This document shows positions 30,436 through 38,601 of a stretch of 64,000 nt of DNA, piece after piece (the first letter of the stretch is position 1; the number at the start of each line of letters is the position of its first letter). The notes beneath the pieces were generated by a model. The model worked only from the letters and a program-made list of their open reading frames with translations, was not told the origin of the DNA and searched no databases. The translations under genes were made by a program, and so were the position numbers. The stretch is taken from positions 15,635 through 79,634 of the forward strand of contig CACLCV010000001.1 in assembly GCA_902605525.1 (NCBI GenBank), in the 5' to 3' direction. Source of the stretch: an uncultured Gammaproteobacteria bacterium. Its GTDB lineage: Bacteria > Pseudomonadota > Gammaproteobacteria > GCA-002705445 > GCA-002716945.

Positions 30436-31662
30436 ATGATTGAAGTAACCATAATTCTTTTTATATATCTATTTGCAAAACTGGCTTTAGACATATTGCA
30501 AATCTATACAATAAAAAATACAAAAATAGATGCCAAATCTATGGAATTACTTAATATAAGTGAAGAAAATAATAAAAAATCTCGTGAATATAATATTTCG
30601 AAATTACATCTGTCTATAATCAAAAATATTTTTTATGTTGGATATATATATATACTTTTACTAGCTGGGCTATTCAAGTATATAAATGAATCTCTTAATA
30701 GTTATGATTTAAGTCTATATTTAACTGATCTATCAAGTATATTAATAACATATCTTATTGTTCATATTTCTATGCTTCCATTTTCCTATTATTCTAATTT
30801 TGTTATTGAGAATAGGTATGAGTTTAATACATCCACAAAGCTACTATTTTTTAAAGATAATTTAATATCGCTCTTATTAACTCTTATAATTGTTTCCCTT
30901 TTAAGTTTAGTTTTTTTCTATATAGTTGCTTATCAAAATCTTTGGTGGTTACTAATGTCATTAACTATGTTTTCAGTGATCATAATAAGTATGTTTATAT
31001 ATCCTACTTATATTTCACCAATATTTAATAAGTTCAAAAAATTGAAAAATAAAAATATAAAAGATGAAATTAAAGATTTATCTGAGAGAACAGATTTTTC
31101 TATTGAAAATTTGTTTGTTATGGACCGATCAAAAAGATCCAAGCATCCAAATGCATATTTCACTGGCTTTAGTAATAATAGAAGGATAGTTTTTTATGAC
31201 ACACTTATTGATCTTCTTTCCCCAAAAGAAATTAAAGCAGTTCTAGCACATGAAATTGGTCACTATAAGCATAACCATATAACTAAATCCCTTGGAATAT
31301 CTACTTTTATAATTTTCATTGGCATGTTTCTGATATCACAACTTGTGAATAATAGTAATTATCTTGAAATATTGAATTTAAATAATAGTGCAAGCTCTCA
31401 ACTCATAGCACTATTTTTCACCTATCAAATAATAAGTTTTTTTACTGATCCATTTTTCTCTACATTATCACGAAAAAATGAATATGAAGCAGACACGTTT
31501 GCATCGAAACAAGTTCAAAAAGAATACCTGATATCATCGTTGGTAAAGCTTTATAAATCTAATCTTTCATTTTTAATACCTAATAAGTTTTATGCTATAT
31601 TTTATTTTTCTCATCCAACAGTTTTAGAAAGAATCAATAATCTTAGGAGTGACAATGAATGA
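30436..31662 (+). CDS. M48 family zinc metalloprotease, Ste24/CAAX-protease-like (polytopic membrane)
   Basis: 408 aa with multiple TM helices, HEIGHYKHNH (HExxH) and a downstream E in NEYEAD. Confidence 0.8.
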   Translation: MIEVTIILFIYLFAKLALDILQIYTIKNTKIDAKSMELLNISEENNKKSREYNISKLHLSIIKNIFYVGYIYILLLAGLFKYINESLNSYDLSLYLTDLSSILITYLIVHISMLPFSYYSNFVIENRYEFNTSTKLLFFKDNLISLLLTLIIVSLLSLVFFYIVAYQNLWWLLMSLTMFSVIIISMFIYPTYISPIFNKFKKLKNKNIKDEIKDLSERTDFSIENLFVMDRSKRSKHPNAYFTGFSNNRRIVFYDTLIDLLSPKEIKAVLAHEIGHYKHNHITKSLGISTFIIFIGMFLISQLVNNSNYLEILNLNNSASSQLIALFFTYQIISFFTDPFFSTLSRKNEYEADTFASKQVQKEYLISSLVKLYKSNLSFLIPNKFYAIFYFSHPTVLERINNLRSDNE

Positions 31663-31993
31663 TTTAGATAAAAAGAAATGTTTACCATGCGAAGGCGGAT
31701 TGGACCCATTGTCAAAAGATAAGTGTCTTAATTATTTAGAAAGACTTGACAAGGACTGGGTATTGAACACCGATGTAAAAAGTATACAAAGAATATTTAC
31801 ATGTAAAAATCACCATGAAATTACATCTTTAATTAATTTAATAATACATATCTCTAATAATGAAGATCATCATCCAGAAGTAACTTTTGGTTATAATACT
31901 GCAGTAGTAAAATATTTTACTTATGCAATTGATGGCCTATCAGAGAATGATTTCATTTGTGCTGCAAAAGTAGATAAGATTACATCTATTTAG
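31649..31993 (+). CDS. phhB: Pterin-4-alpha-carbinolamine dehydratase family protein
   Basis: 114 aa with the characteristic EDHHPE motif and the ...Y..V.V...T... context. Confidence 0.7.
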   Translation: MTMNDLDKKKCLPCEGGLDPLSKDKCLNYLERLDKDWVLNTDVKSIQRIFTCKNHHEITSLINLIIHISNNEDHHPEVTFGYNTAVVKYFTYAIDGLSENDFICAAKVDKITSI

Positions 31994-32610
31994 AGTATTT
32001 TTCTCTCATTAAAAGCATGTGATATTGTTTCGTTATCTAAAAATCCAATCTCTCCGTTAAGTGGTAGTCCGAATGCAAGTCTTGAAACCTTAATACTATT
32101 TTTAGTAGCCATATTTTTTATATAATGAGCGGTAGCTTCACCCTCTATTGTTGTGTTAGTTGCTAAAATTAATTCTTTGATATTTTTTTCTGAAAGTCGT
32201 TTTTCTAGTTTATCTAGACCAATTTCTGAAGGACCTCTACCATCAATTGGAGAAAGATTGCCTTGAAGTACGAAGTAATATCCATTGTAATTCGTACTTT
32301 CATCAATTGTGTAGACATCGCTTGCTGACTCTATTACACAAATTATAGAAGTGTCACGGTTTTGTCTTTCGCATATATGACAAGAATTATATGATTGTTT
32401 TTCAACTTCCTCAATATCCATAAAAACTCCACATACTAAACATTTAGATATTTTTGTATCAATATTTTTTAATTCCTGTGATAGATGAAGAGATTTTTCA
32501 GGGTTAGTATTTAAAAGCTGGTAAGCCATTCGTTGAGCACTTTTTCTTCCTACACCCGGAAGTATAGTTATTGCATCAATCAAGTTCTCAAGATATTTAG
32601 ATTTAATCAT
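31990..32610 (-). CDS. recR: Recombination protein RecR
   Basis: N-terminal HhH (LPGVGRKSAQR), a C4 zinc finger (CLVCG...CHIC) and a Toprim domain. It follows dnaX-ybaB. Confidence 0.93.
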   Translation of the reverse strand: MIKSKYLENLIDAITILPGVGRKSAQRMAYQLLNTNPEKSLHLSQELKNIDTKISKCLVCGVFMDIEEVEKQSYNSCHICERQNRDTSIICVIESASDVYTIDESTNYNGYYFVLQGNLSPIDGRGPSEIGLDKLEKRLSEKNIKELILATNTTIEGEATAHYIKNMATKNSIKVSRLAFGLPLNGEIGFLDNETISHAFNERKIL

Positions 32611-32613
32611 ATG

Positions 32614-32922
32614 TTAAAAAGGGAGTTTCATTCCACCCGGTAAGTTCATAACACTACCCATTTTATCTTTTGTTTCTTTTTCAAGCTTGTTCATTGCATC
32701 GTTACATGCAGCGACGAGATAGTCTTCAAGAATCTTTTTGTTACCAGCATGTGTATCATTATCTATCTCTATGCTTACTATCTGATGATTGCCCTTCACT
32801 GTTACTCTAACTGCTCCAGCTCCAGCTGATCCTTCAACCTTTATTTTATTAATTTCGTTTTGAGCCTTTTTAATGTTGCTATACATATTTTTAGCGTCTT
32901 TCATCTTATCAAACATTCCCAT
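32614..32922 (-). CDS. ybaB: Nucleoid-associated protein YbaB/EbfC
   Basis: 102 aa, located between dnaX and recR, with a typical YbaB pattern (EGSAGAGAVRVTVKG...). Confidence 0.9.
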   Translation of the reverse strand: MGMFDKMKDAKNMYSNIKKAQNEINKIKVEGSAGAGAVRVTVKGNHQIVSIEIDNDTHAGNKKILEDYLVAACNDAMNKLEKETKDKMGSVMNLPGGMKLPF

Positions 32923-32937
32923 AAGTATTTCTCCAGT

Positions 32938-34485
32938 TCAAAGTTTACTAATATTATCTTTATCTATTTTAGCACCAAATACACTCTCTATTTCTTTGAG
33001 ATCATTATTATCTTTGATAGCCTCGTACATATCATTTTTTGATTTGATACCATCGGTGATAGATTTTTTATAAAGAGTGTTTATATTTTCTCTATATTCT
33101 ATTGTCAGCACATGATCGCTTTTGAAATTTGAGCATATTAATATACTGAAATCTGTGATGCATTTTTTTGGATAAGTATTTTCTTTGGATTTGTCTATAA
33201 TCAAAATTGTTGCATCATTTTTCATGTCTAGAATAGAATTATTAGCAAGATCAAGGATTAATCCTTGTAATTTAAAACTATCAATAGTTTTTTTCCATAT
33301 AGATATATCAACAACACTTTGAGAGATATTATCTTCAGCTATGTTTTCAATTTTTTTTTTAGAATCAGTTAAAATAGCAGTATCTTTACTTTGATTATTA
33401 ATATTAGATTTAACTTGATCAGGATATTCAGTAAATAATGATATACGTAGAAGTATCATCATTAAGTGATCAGCCTTAGATACAGCATTGAACATTTGCT
33501 CCTTAGATTGCATTAAAATTGAATACCAAAGCTGCAGATCTTGAAGACTAATATCTGTATTTAGAAAATTATTAGGTAAGTTAAAATCATTCTTATTCAC
33601 TGATCGTGATATAGAAATCTGGAAAATACGTTCAATTAAACAATCGAGCAATTTTGAATAATCAGATACATTTGATGACTTTAACACATCATTAATTTCT
33701 GAAATAGAATTCTCATAAAGGTTATGAATAATTTGATCAATGAGAGTGTTTTCAATTAATCCAAGTAGTTGAGAGATTTTATCTTTTTTAAGATCCCCAT
33801 TAGTATAAGAAATACATTGTTCTAATATACTCATGGAATCTCTTGCGCTACCTCTGGCTGCATTTGAGATTATCTCAGGAACATCTTTTTCAAAATTAAT
33901 ATTTTCAGACTCTAATACTTTTTTAATATGTTCTCCAAGTTCTTCATTAGTAATTGGTTCAAGTTTAAAATGTAGACATCTTGATATAACAGTTTCTGGA
34001 AGTTTATCGGGTTCAGTAGTGGCAAGTAAAAATTTCACATGTTCAGGTGGCTCTTCAATAGTTTTAAGCAAAGCATTGAAACTTTTGGTTGATAGCATAT
34101 GAACTTCATCAATCAAATATATTTTAAACCGTGATGATGTAGGAGCATATTGAACATTTTCCATAAGAGTACGTGTATCCTCTACTTTTGTTCTTGATGC
34201 TGCATCAATTTCTATAAGGTCAAGATTATTGTTATTATCAATTCCAAGACATGAATCACATTTACCACAAGGGGTAGCACTTACGCCCTCTTTACACAAT
34301 AAGGATTTTGCAAATATTCTTGCAATAGTTGTTTTCCCAACACCTCTTGTGCCTGAAAATAGGTAAGCATTGTGCAGCTTATTAAGGTTAATGGAATTAC
34401 TTAGTGATTGTACGCAAAACTCTTGCCCTACAACCTCATCAAAAAAATGAGGTCTATATTTTAATGCTAGTATTTTATCGTTCAT
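32938..34485 (-). CDS. dnaX: DNA polymerase III subunit tau (possible gamma product by slippage)
   Basis: Walker A GTRGVGKTT, a zinc module CKEGVSATPCGKCDSC and the SRC motif (VISRC); 515 aa. Confidence 0.95.
   Translation of the reverse strand: MNDKILALKYRPHFFDEVVGQEFCVQSLSNSINLNKLHNAYLFSGTRGVGKTTIARIFAKSLLCKEGVSATPCGKCDSCLGIDNNNNLDLIEIDAASRTKVEDTRTLMENVQYAPTSSRFKIYLIDEVHMLSTKSFNALLKTIEEPPEHVKFLLATTEPDKLPETVISRCLHFKLEPITNEELGEHIKKVLESENINFEKDVPEIISNAARGSARDSMSILEQCISYTNGDLKKDKISQLLGLIENTLIDQIIHNLYENSISEINDVLKSSNVSDYSKLLDCLIERIFQISISRSVNKNDFNLPNNFLNTDISLQDLQLWYSILMQSKEQMFNAVSKADHLMMILLRISLFTEYPDQVKSNINNQSKDTAILTDSKKKIENIAEDNISQSVVDISIWKKTIDSFKLQGLILDLANNSILDMKNDATILIIDKSKENTYPKKCITDFSILICSNFKSDHVLTIEYRENINTLYKKSITDGIKSKNDMYEAIKDNNDLKEIESVFGAKIDKDNISKL
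33351..33360 (-). other. Candidate recoding or transcriptional-slippage site in dnaX (A10 run on the coding strand)
   Basis: The plus-strand T10 corresponds to coding-strand TCT AAA AAA AAA ATT GAA. The -1 frame reads AAT TGA (stop). A one-A deletion reads TTG AAA ACA TAG (stop). Codons 376-379 of 515. Confidence 0.4.
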
Positions 34486-35174
34486 TTTATTTTATTAAGT
34501 AAATGGCCTGTTTTAACAAATATCAATGCCCCATCACTCAGTGTGAAGGGTTTGTGCTTGCTCATATGAGGACTTCTTATCCAGGTTTGTTCAGGATATT
34601 TACCAAATTCATCATAGAAAGTTCCTTTAAGAACAAATATTTCCTCTCCACCATGATGCTGGTGGAAACTAAACTCAGTGTTTGAGTCCCATTTGACAAG
34701 AGCTGTACTCTCATATTCATAATTATGTAAAGGCATGACTTTAAGGCCTTGCACTAGACCTGGAAGCCAAGGTTCATTGTTCGTATTTATAATAACTTGT
34801 TTATTATCCATAGGATTAAATTGTCTTAACTTTACTAGAAGCCTACAGCCATTTTTACTGAAGGGACTATGTTTAGTATTATGAGGATTCCTAATATATG
34901 TTCCAGCAGGATAATCCCCGAACTCATCTGAAAAAGTACCTTCCAACACGAATAGTTCTTCTCCTGAATCATGGACATGTTCACTGAAAAAAGAATTTGG
35001 TTTAAATTCTACAATCGTTGTGGATATGGCATATTCTGAATTTTCATTTCTCTCCAGAAGAGTCCTCTCTACTCCGTCACATGGCGAACTAACAGGTGTT
35101 AATTGCGATGATTTTAGTACGACTTTTTCATGAAAATTTTGATTCAACATTATGCTAGTCTTTTCTGTTATCAA
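34482..35174 (-). CDS. Bicupin protein (two ChrR-like cupin repeats, both with metal-ligand motifs)
   Basis: 230 aa with an internal duplication: SEHVHDSGEELFVLEGTFSDEFGDYPAGTYIRNPHNTKH and FHQHHGGEEIFVLKGTFYDEFGKYPEQTWIRSPHMSKH. Both repeats fit the cupin pattern HxH...E...G / P.G...H. There is no N-terminal anti-sigma domain. Confidence 0.6.
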   Translation of the reverse strand: MITEKTSIMLNQNFHEKVVLKSSQLTPVSSPCDGVERTLLERNENSEYAISTTIVEFKPNSFFSEHVHDSGEELFVLEGTFSDEFGDYPAGTYIRNPHNTKHSPFSKNGCRLLVKLRQFNPMDNKQVIINTNNEPWLPGLVQGLKVMPLHNYEYESTALVKWDSNTEFSFHQHHGGEEIFVLKGTFYDEFGKYPEQTWIRSPHMSKHKPFTLSDGALIFVKTGHLLNKIK

Positions 35175-35487
35175 CTAAATGAACTGTAAGTCCTTCATAG
35201 ACATCATAAATATCCATTTGGCAACATAGCCTACTTCTATTTTCATCATAATGTTCAGATCTCTCTAACATGAATAGCTCCATAGAACCGGTATCCATGG
35301 GTTCAATTTTATCGACCCATTCAGGATCAATATGAACATGACAAGTTCCACAATTACATGATCCATTACAGATAGCTGGTATTTCTGGTATGTCAAGTTT
35401 TTTTGCAGCATCTAACATAGTGCGTCCAACACTCATAGTAGTTGTTAACACTTCATCGCCCCTAACAAAGTTAATTTTAACAGACAT
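35155..35487 (-). CDS. [2Fe-2S] ferredoxin, adrenodoxin/putidaredoxin type
   Basis: 110 aa with the Cys ligand pattern CNGSCNCGTCHV plus SRLCCQ. Confidence 0.8.
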   Translation of the reverse strand: MSVKINFVRGDEVLTTTMSVGRTMLDAAKKLDIPEIPAICNGSCNCGTCHVHIDPEWVDKIEPMDTGSMELFMLERSEHYDENRSRLCCQMDIYDVYEGLTVHLVDNRKD

Positions 35488-36656
35488 TAGTTTTCTCCAT
35501 ATATATCTCTCGTATAAATCCTTTTTGACAGTTTTTTAAGCCTGCTCGATAATCTATTAGTTACAATAAGATTTACCTTTTTTATAAACAAATTAAAATC
35601 ATTAATTAAAGTACACCCATAGATTTTACTTTGATTAGCAATCAAAGGCTCATGAATATAAATATTTTTACCTTTATTTTTAAGTATTTTTATTATATCA
35701 ATAATACTTGATTGTCTAAAGTTATCAGATCCCTTTTTCATAGCTAATTGATATATCCCAATGTTTTTTGCTTTAGTTTTTAATAAATCATCGACAATAC
35801 ACTTTTTCCTAAGTTGATTTGATTTATTTATTGATTTGATCATCGAGTTTGGAATAGAATTGAAGCTAGTTTCAAGCTGTTTGGTATCTTTAGGGAGGCA
35901 GTAACCGCCATAACCAAATGATGGATTATTATATCCATCACCTATTCTTGGATCAGAACAAATGCCATCAATTAATTGTTTAGAATCAAAATTATTAGAC
36001 ATAGAAAAGGAATCAAGCTCATTAAAAAATGAAATGCGTGCTGCAAGATAACTATTTGCAAAAAGCTTTACAGACTCAGCCTCACTACTGTCCATAAATA
36101 GAGTTTTTATATTTTTTTTTAAACTAGATTTTTTTAACAAATTAGCAAATTGTTTTGCACCTTTATCTTTGCCACCCACTATTATCCTAGATGGGTAAAG
36201 ATTATCATACAATGCCTTGCCTTCACGAAGGAATTCTGGAGAGAAACATATTTTAAGTTTTTTATATAAACTATTAACTTTTTTTGTATACCCAATAGGT
36301 AATGTAGATTTAATAATAATATATGCTGACGATTTTAAAGAATTTAGTTTTTTTAAAATTACATCAATAGACGAAGTATTGAAAGTTTTCTTTTGAACAT
36401 CAAAGTCAGTTGGTGTTGAGATAATTATAAAGTCTGATTTCGACATTTCTTTATTTATATACTCTGATGTAGTTAATCTTAGTTTTTTATTTTTAAAGTA
36501 ATTGGAAATTAAACTGTCTTTTATTGGTGATATACGTTTATTTATGCAATCAAGCCTTGAAGTGTCAATATCATGACAGACAACATTATTCTTTAATGAT
36601 AGCAATACTGCATTTGACAGCCCTACATAGCCCATTCCAATAATAGATACTTTCAT
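35487..36656 (-). CDS. ugd: UDP-glucose 6-dehydrogenase
   Basis: 389 aa, collinear with E. coli Ugd as I recall it: GMGYVGLS, FSPEFLREGKALYDNLYPSRI and NPSFGYGGYCLPKDTKQL (catalytic Cys). Confidence 0.92.
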   Translation of the reverse strand: MKVSIIGMGYVGLSNAVLLSLKNNVVCHDIDTSRLDCINKRISPIKDSLISNYFKNKKLRLTTSEYINKEMSKSDFIIISTPTDFDVQKKTFNTSSIDVILKKLNSLKSSAYIIIKSTLPIGYTKKVNSLYKKLKICFSPEFLREGKALYDNLYPSRIIVGGKDKGAKQFANLLKKSSLKKNIKTLFMDSSEAESVKLFANSYLAARISFFNELDSFSMSNNFDSKQLIDGICSDPRIGDGYNNPSFGYGGYCLPKDTKQLETSFNSIPNSMIKSINKSNQLRKKCIVDDLLKTKAKNIGIYQLAMKKGSDNFRQSSIIDIIKILKNKGKNIYIHEPLIANQSKIYGCTLINDFNLFIKKVNLIVTNRLSSRLKKLSKRIYTRDIYGEN

Positions 36657-37111
36657 ATAAAGTTTTTTCCTTTTGTGATAAATTCTTTGTATGTATCTGT
36701 AACTAAATAAGGACTTTTATAGTACTTGAGGAATTGGTTCATAATTTCGTTAGAGATATGTTCATTTCCAGAACTTAAATCATCATGAATATTCATGCCT
36801 TTATTTGTTTCCATATAAACAAAGCCAATGAAGTTGTCATAGCCGGCAATTTTTAAGACAAAACTTCTAGTCCCAGTGTAGAGAAGAGAAAAATCAAAAT
36901 TATTATGCTTAGCAGAGGCCTCAATACGACCTCTATCTTCTGAGTCTACGGTAAAGTATAAATTTCTTATACTTTCTTTAAATTTATCAATTTGCAAATC
37001 AACTTCGGATGATATTTCTACAATTGAGTGTACATAAGGAACAAGAAAGTCTACAGCAAGATTAACGCTTCTTTGTTCATTATCATTAAGCTTTCTTATT
37101 GACTGATTCAT
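36653..37111 (-). CDS. Hypothetical protein, 152 aa (soluble, Cys-free)
   Basis: ORF with an ATGA overlap onto ugd. It is the first gene after tRNA-Ser(GGA). I recognise no motif. Confidence 0.55.
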   Translation of the reverse strand: MNQSIRKLNDNEQRSVNLAVDFLVPYVHSIVEISSEVDLQIDKFKESIRNLYFTVDSEDRGRIEASAKHNNFDFSLLYTGTRSFVLKIAGYDNFIGFVYMETNKGMNIHDDLSSGNEHISNEIMNQFLKYYKSPYLVTDTYKEFITKGKNFI

Positions 37112-37178
37112 CTTTTGACATGTATTTTATCATGCCTTTCAAGTGATGTTATAGCAATTTACTAGTACGTTATATAAA

Positions 37179-37265
37179 AGGTAGGTAAGGGATTCGAACC
37201 CTTGTAACGATTACTCGCTAACCACCTTTCCAAGGTGGCGCATTCGACCACTCTGCCAACCTACC
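37179..37265 (-). tRNA. tRNA-Ser (GGA)
   Basis: Minus-strand sequence GGTAGGTTGGCAGAGTGGTCGAATGCGCCACCTTGGAAAGGTGGTTAGCGAGTAATCGTTACAAGGGTTCGAATCCCTTACCTACCT. It has a long variable arm and the anticodon loop TTGGAAA. The discriminator reads U. No CCA is encoded. Confidence 0.88.
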
Positions 37266-37267
37266 AT

Positions 37268-38473
37268 TTATTTATTAACCATTCTTGAAAGATTGAAGAG
37301 TATTATACCAGTAATGAAGAATAAACCTATGCTAAGCATCCCCAAGCGAGGATCATCTGATATGTAGGTTATTAAGCCAACTATTAAAGGTCCAATTAAC
37401 GCAGCAAATTTACCTAGCATATTGTAGATACCGAAATATTCTGAGTGTTTGTTGTTTGGGATAAGTCTCGCAAAGTATGACCGACTCAAAGCTTGGATCC
37501 CTCCTTGTACTAAACCAATAAGAGAAGCAATCAAATAAAATTCAAAAATACTATCTAAATTATATGCAAGGATAGTTATTGCTAAATACATTATTAGACA
37601 ACCTATAATTGCAAATTCACATGTAAAATACTCAGATATTTTATTTATCATTAAAGTTCCTGGAAATGCAACGAATTGTGTTACTAATAATGCTATAAGT
37701 AAGTCTGATGAACTAAATCCCAGAGCCAAGCCATAATTAATAGCCATCCTTATGATAGTATCTACACCGTCTATGTATATCCAGTAAGCAAGGAGAAATA
37801 AAAAAATAGGTTTGATAGATTTAATCTCCTTAAAAGTATCGAGCAGAGAAGTTGATTTAGAGTCTATATTTTCTTCTGGCCAGTATAAAAAGAGAGGTAT
37901 CATGAATATTAACCACCAAGAGGCAGCAAAAATAAATGATATTTTATTCGATGAAATGATTTCAATTGTAGATTCTGAATTAAAATAAAGAAATATTAAT
38001 GTAAATACAAAAGCCAGGCCACCACCTAAATATCCTAACGCATAACCCATTGAAGATATTTTGTCGTATTTATGAGATTCAAAATTTAATAACATTGAAT
38101 CATAAAATACATTAGACATCATAAATCCTAGGAGTGAAATAGAGAACAGTATTGAAGCTAATACAAAGCTATCCCTAGTAACAGAAGATAATATTAATGT
38201 AGAGATAATGCTTAAGCTTGCAAATATAAGTAAGAATAATTTTTTATTTGAAAATTTATCAGCCAATAACCCAAACAGTGGTGCTAAAAATATAAGTATT
38301 AGACTTGCTGATGAATTAGAAATTCCAAGATATAGTGTTCTTTCAGAAGCTGGGATGGATGATGCAAAATATTCAGCAAAAATTATAGGAAAGAAACCTG
38401 CAAGTACTATAGTTGCATAAGCAGAGTTAGCCCAATCATAAAGTACCCAACTATAATATTTTTTAGAATCCAA
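37268..38473 (-). CDS. MFS transporter, UMF1/Atg22-like family
   Basis: 401 aa with about 12 TM helices and the N-terminal signature YSWVLYDWANSAY. It uses a TTG start 10 nt after the upstream tRNA-Ser. Confidence 0.75.
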   Translation of the reverse strand: MDSKKYYSWVLYDWANSAYATIVLAGFFPIIFAEYFASSIPASERTLYLGISNSSASLILIFLAPLFGLLADKFSNKKLFLLIFASLSIISTLILSSVTRDSFVLASILFSISLLGFMMSNVFYDSMLLNFESHKYDKISSMGYALGYLGGGLAFVFTLIFLYFNSESTIEIISSNKISFIFAASWWLIFMIPLFLYWPEENIDSKSTSLLDTFKEIKSIKPIFLFLLAYWIYIDGVDTIIRMAINYGLALGFSSSDLLIALLVTQFVAFPGTLMINKISEYFTCEFAIIGCLIMYLAITILAYNLDSIFEFYLIASLIGLVQGGIQALSRSYFARLIPNNKHSEYFGIYNMLGKFAALIGPLIVGLITYISDDPRLGMLSIGLFFITGIILFNLSRMVNK

Positions 38474-38483
38474 AATCTTATTC

Positions 38484-38570
38484 AGGAGACGGTGGGATTC
38501 GAACCCACGAGAGCTTTGACACCCTAACGGTTTTCAAGACCGGCCCATTCAACCACTCTGGCACGTCTCC
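38484..38570 (-). tRNA. tRNA-Ser (TGA)
   Basis: Minus-strand sequence GGAGACGTGCCAGAGTGGTTGAATGGGCCGGTCTTGAAAACCGTTAGGGTGTCAAAGCTCTCGTGGGTTCGAATCCCACCGTCTCCT. It has a long variable arm and the anticodon loop CTTGAAA. The discriminator reads U. No CCA is encoded. Confidence 0.88.
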
Positions 38571-38601
38571 GTAAGACGCTATTATAGATGAAAAGTAGAT
38601 A

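Noticed and set aside
30640-30660. Short (AT)n and homopolymer microrepeats scattered through the window, checked as possible CRISPR, tandem-repeat or phase-variation elements.
   Set aside because: They are only 10-14 nt long and lie inside coding sequence. They are expected at this base composition. I saw no repeat-spacer periodicity or long direct repeats anywhere in the window.
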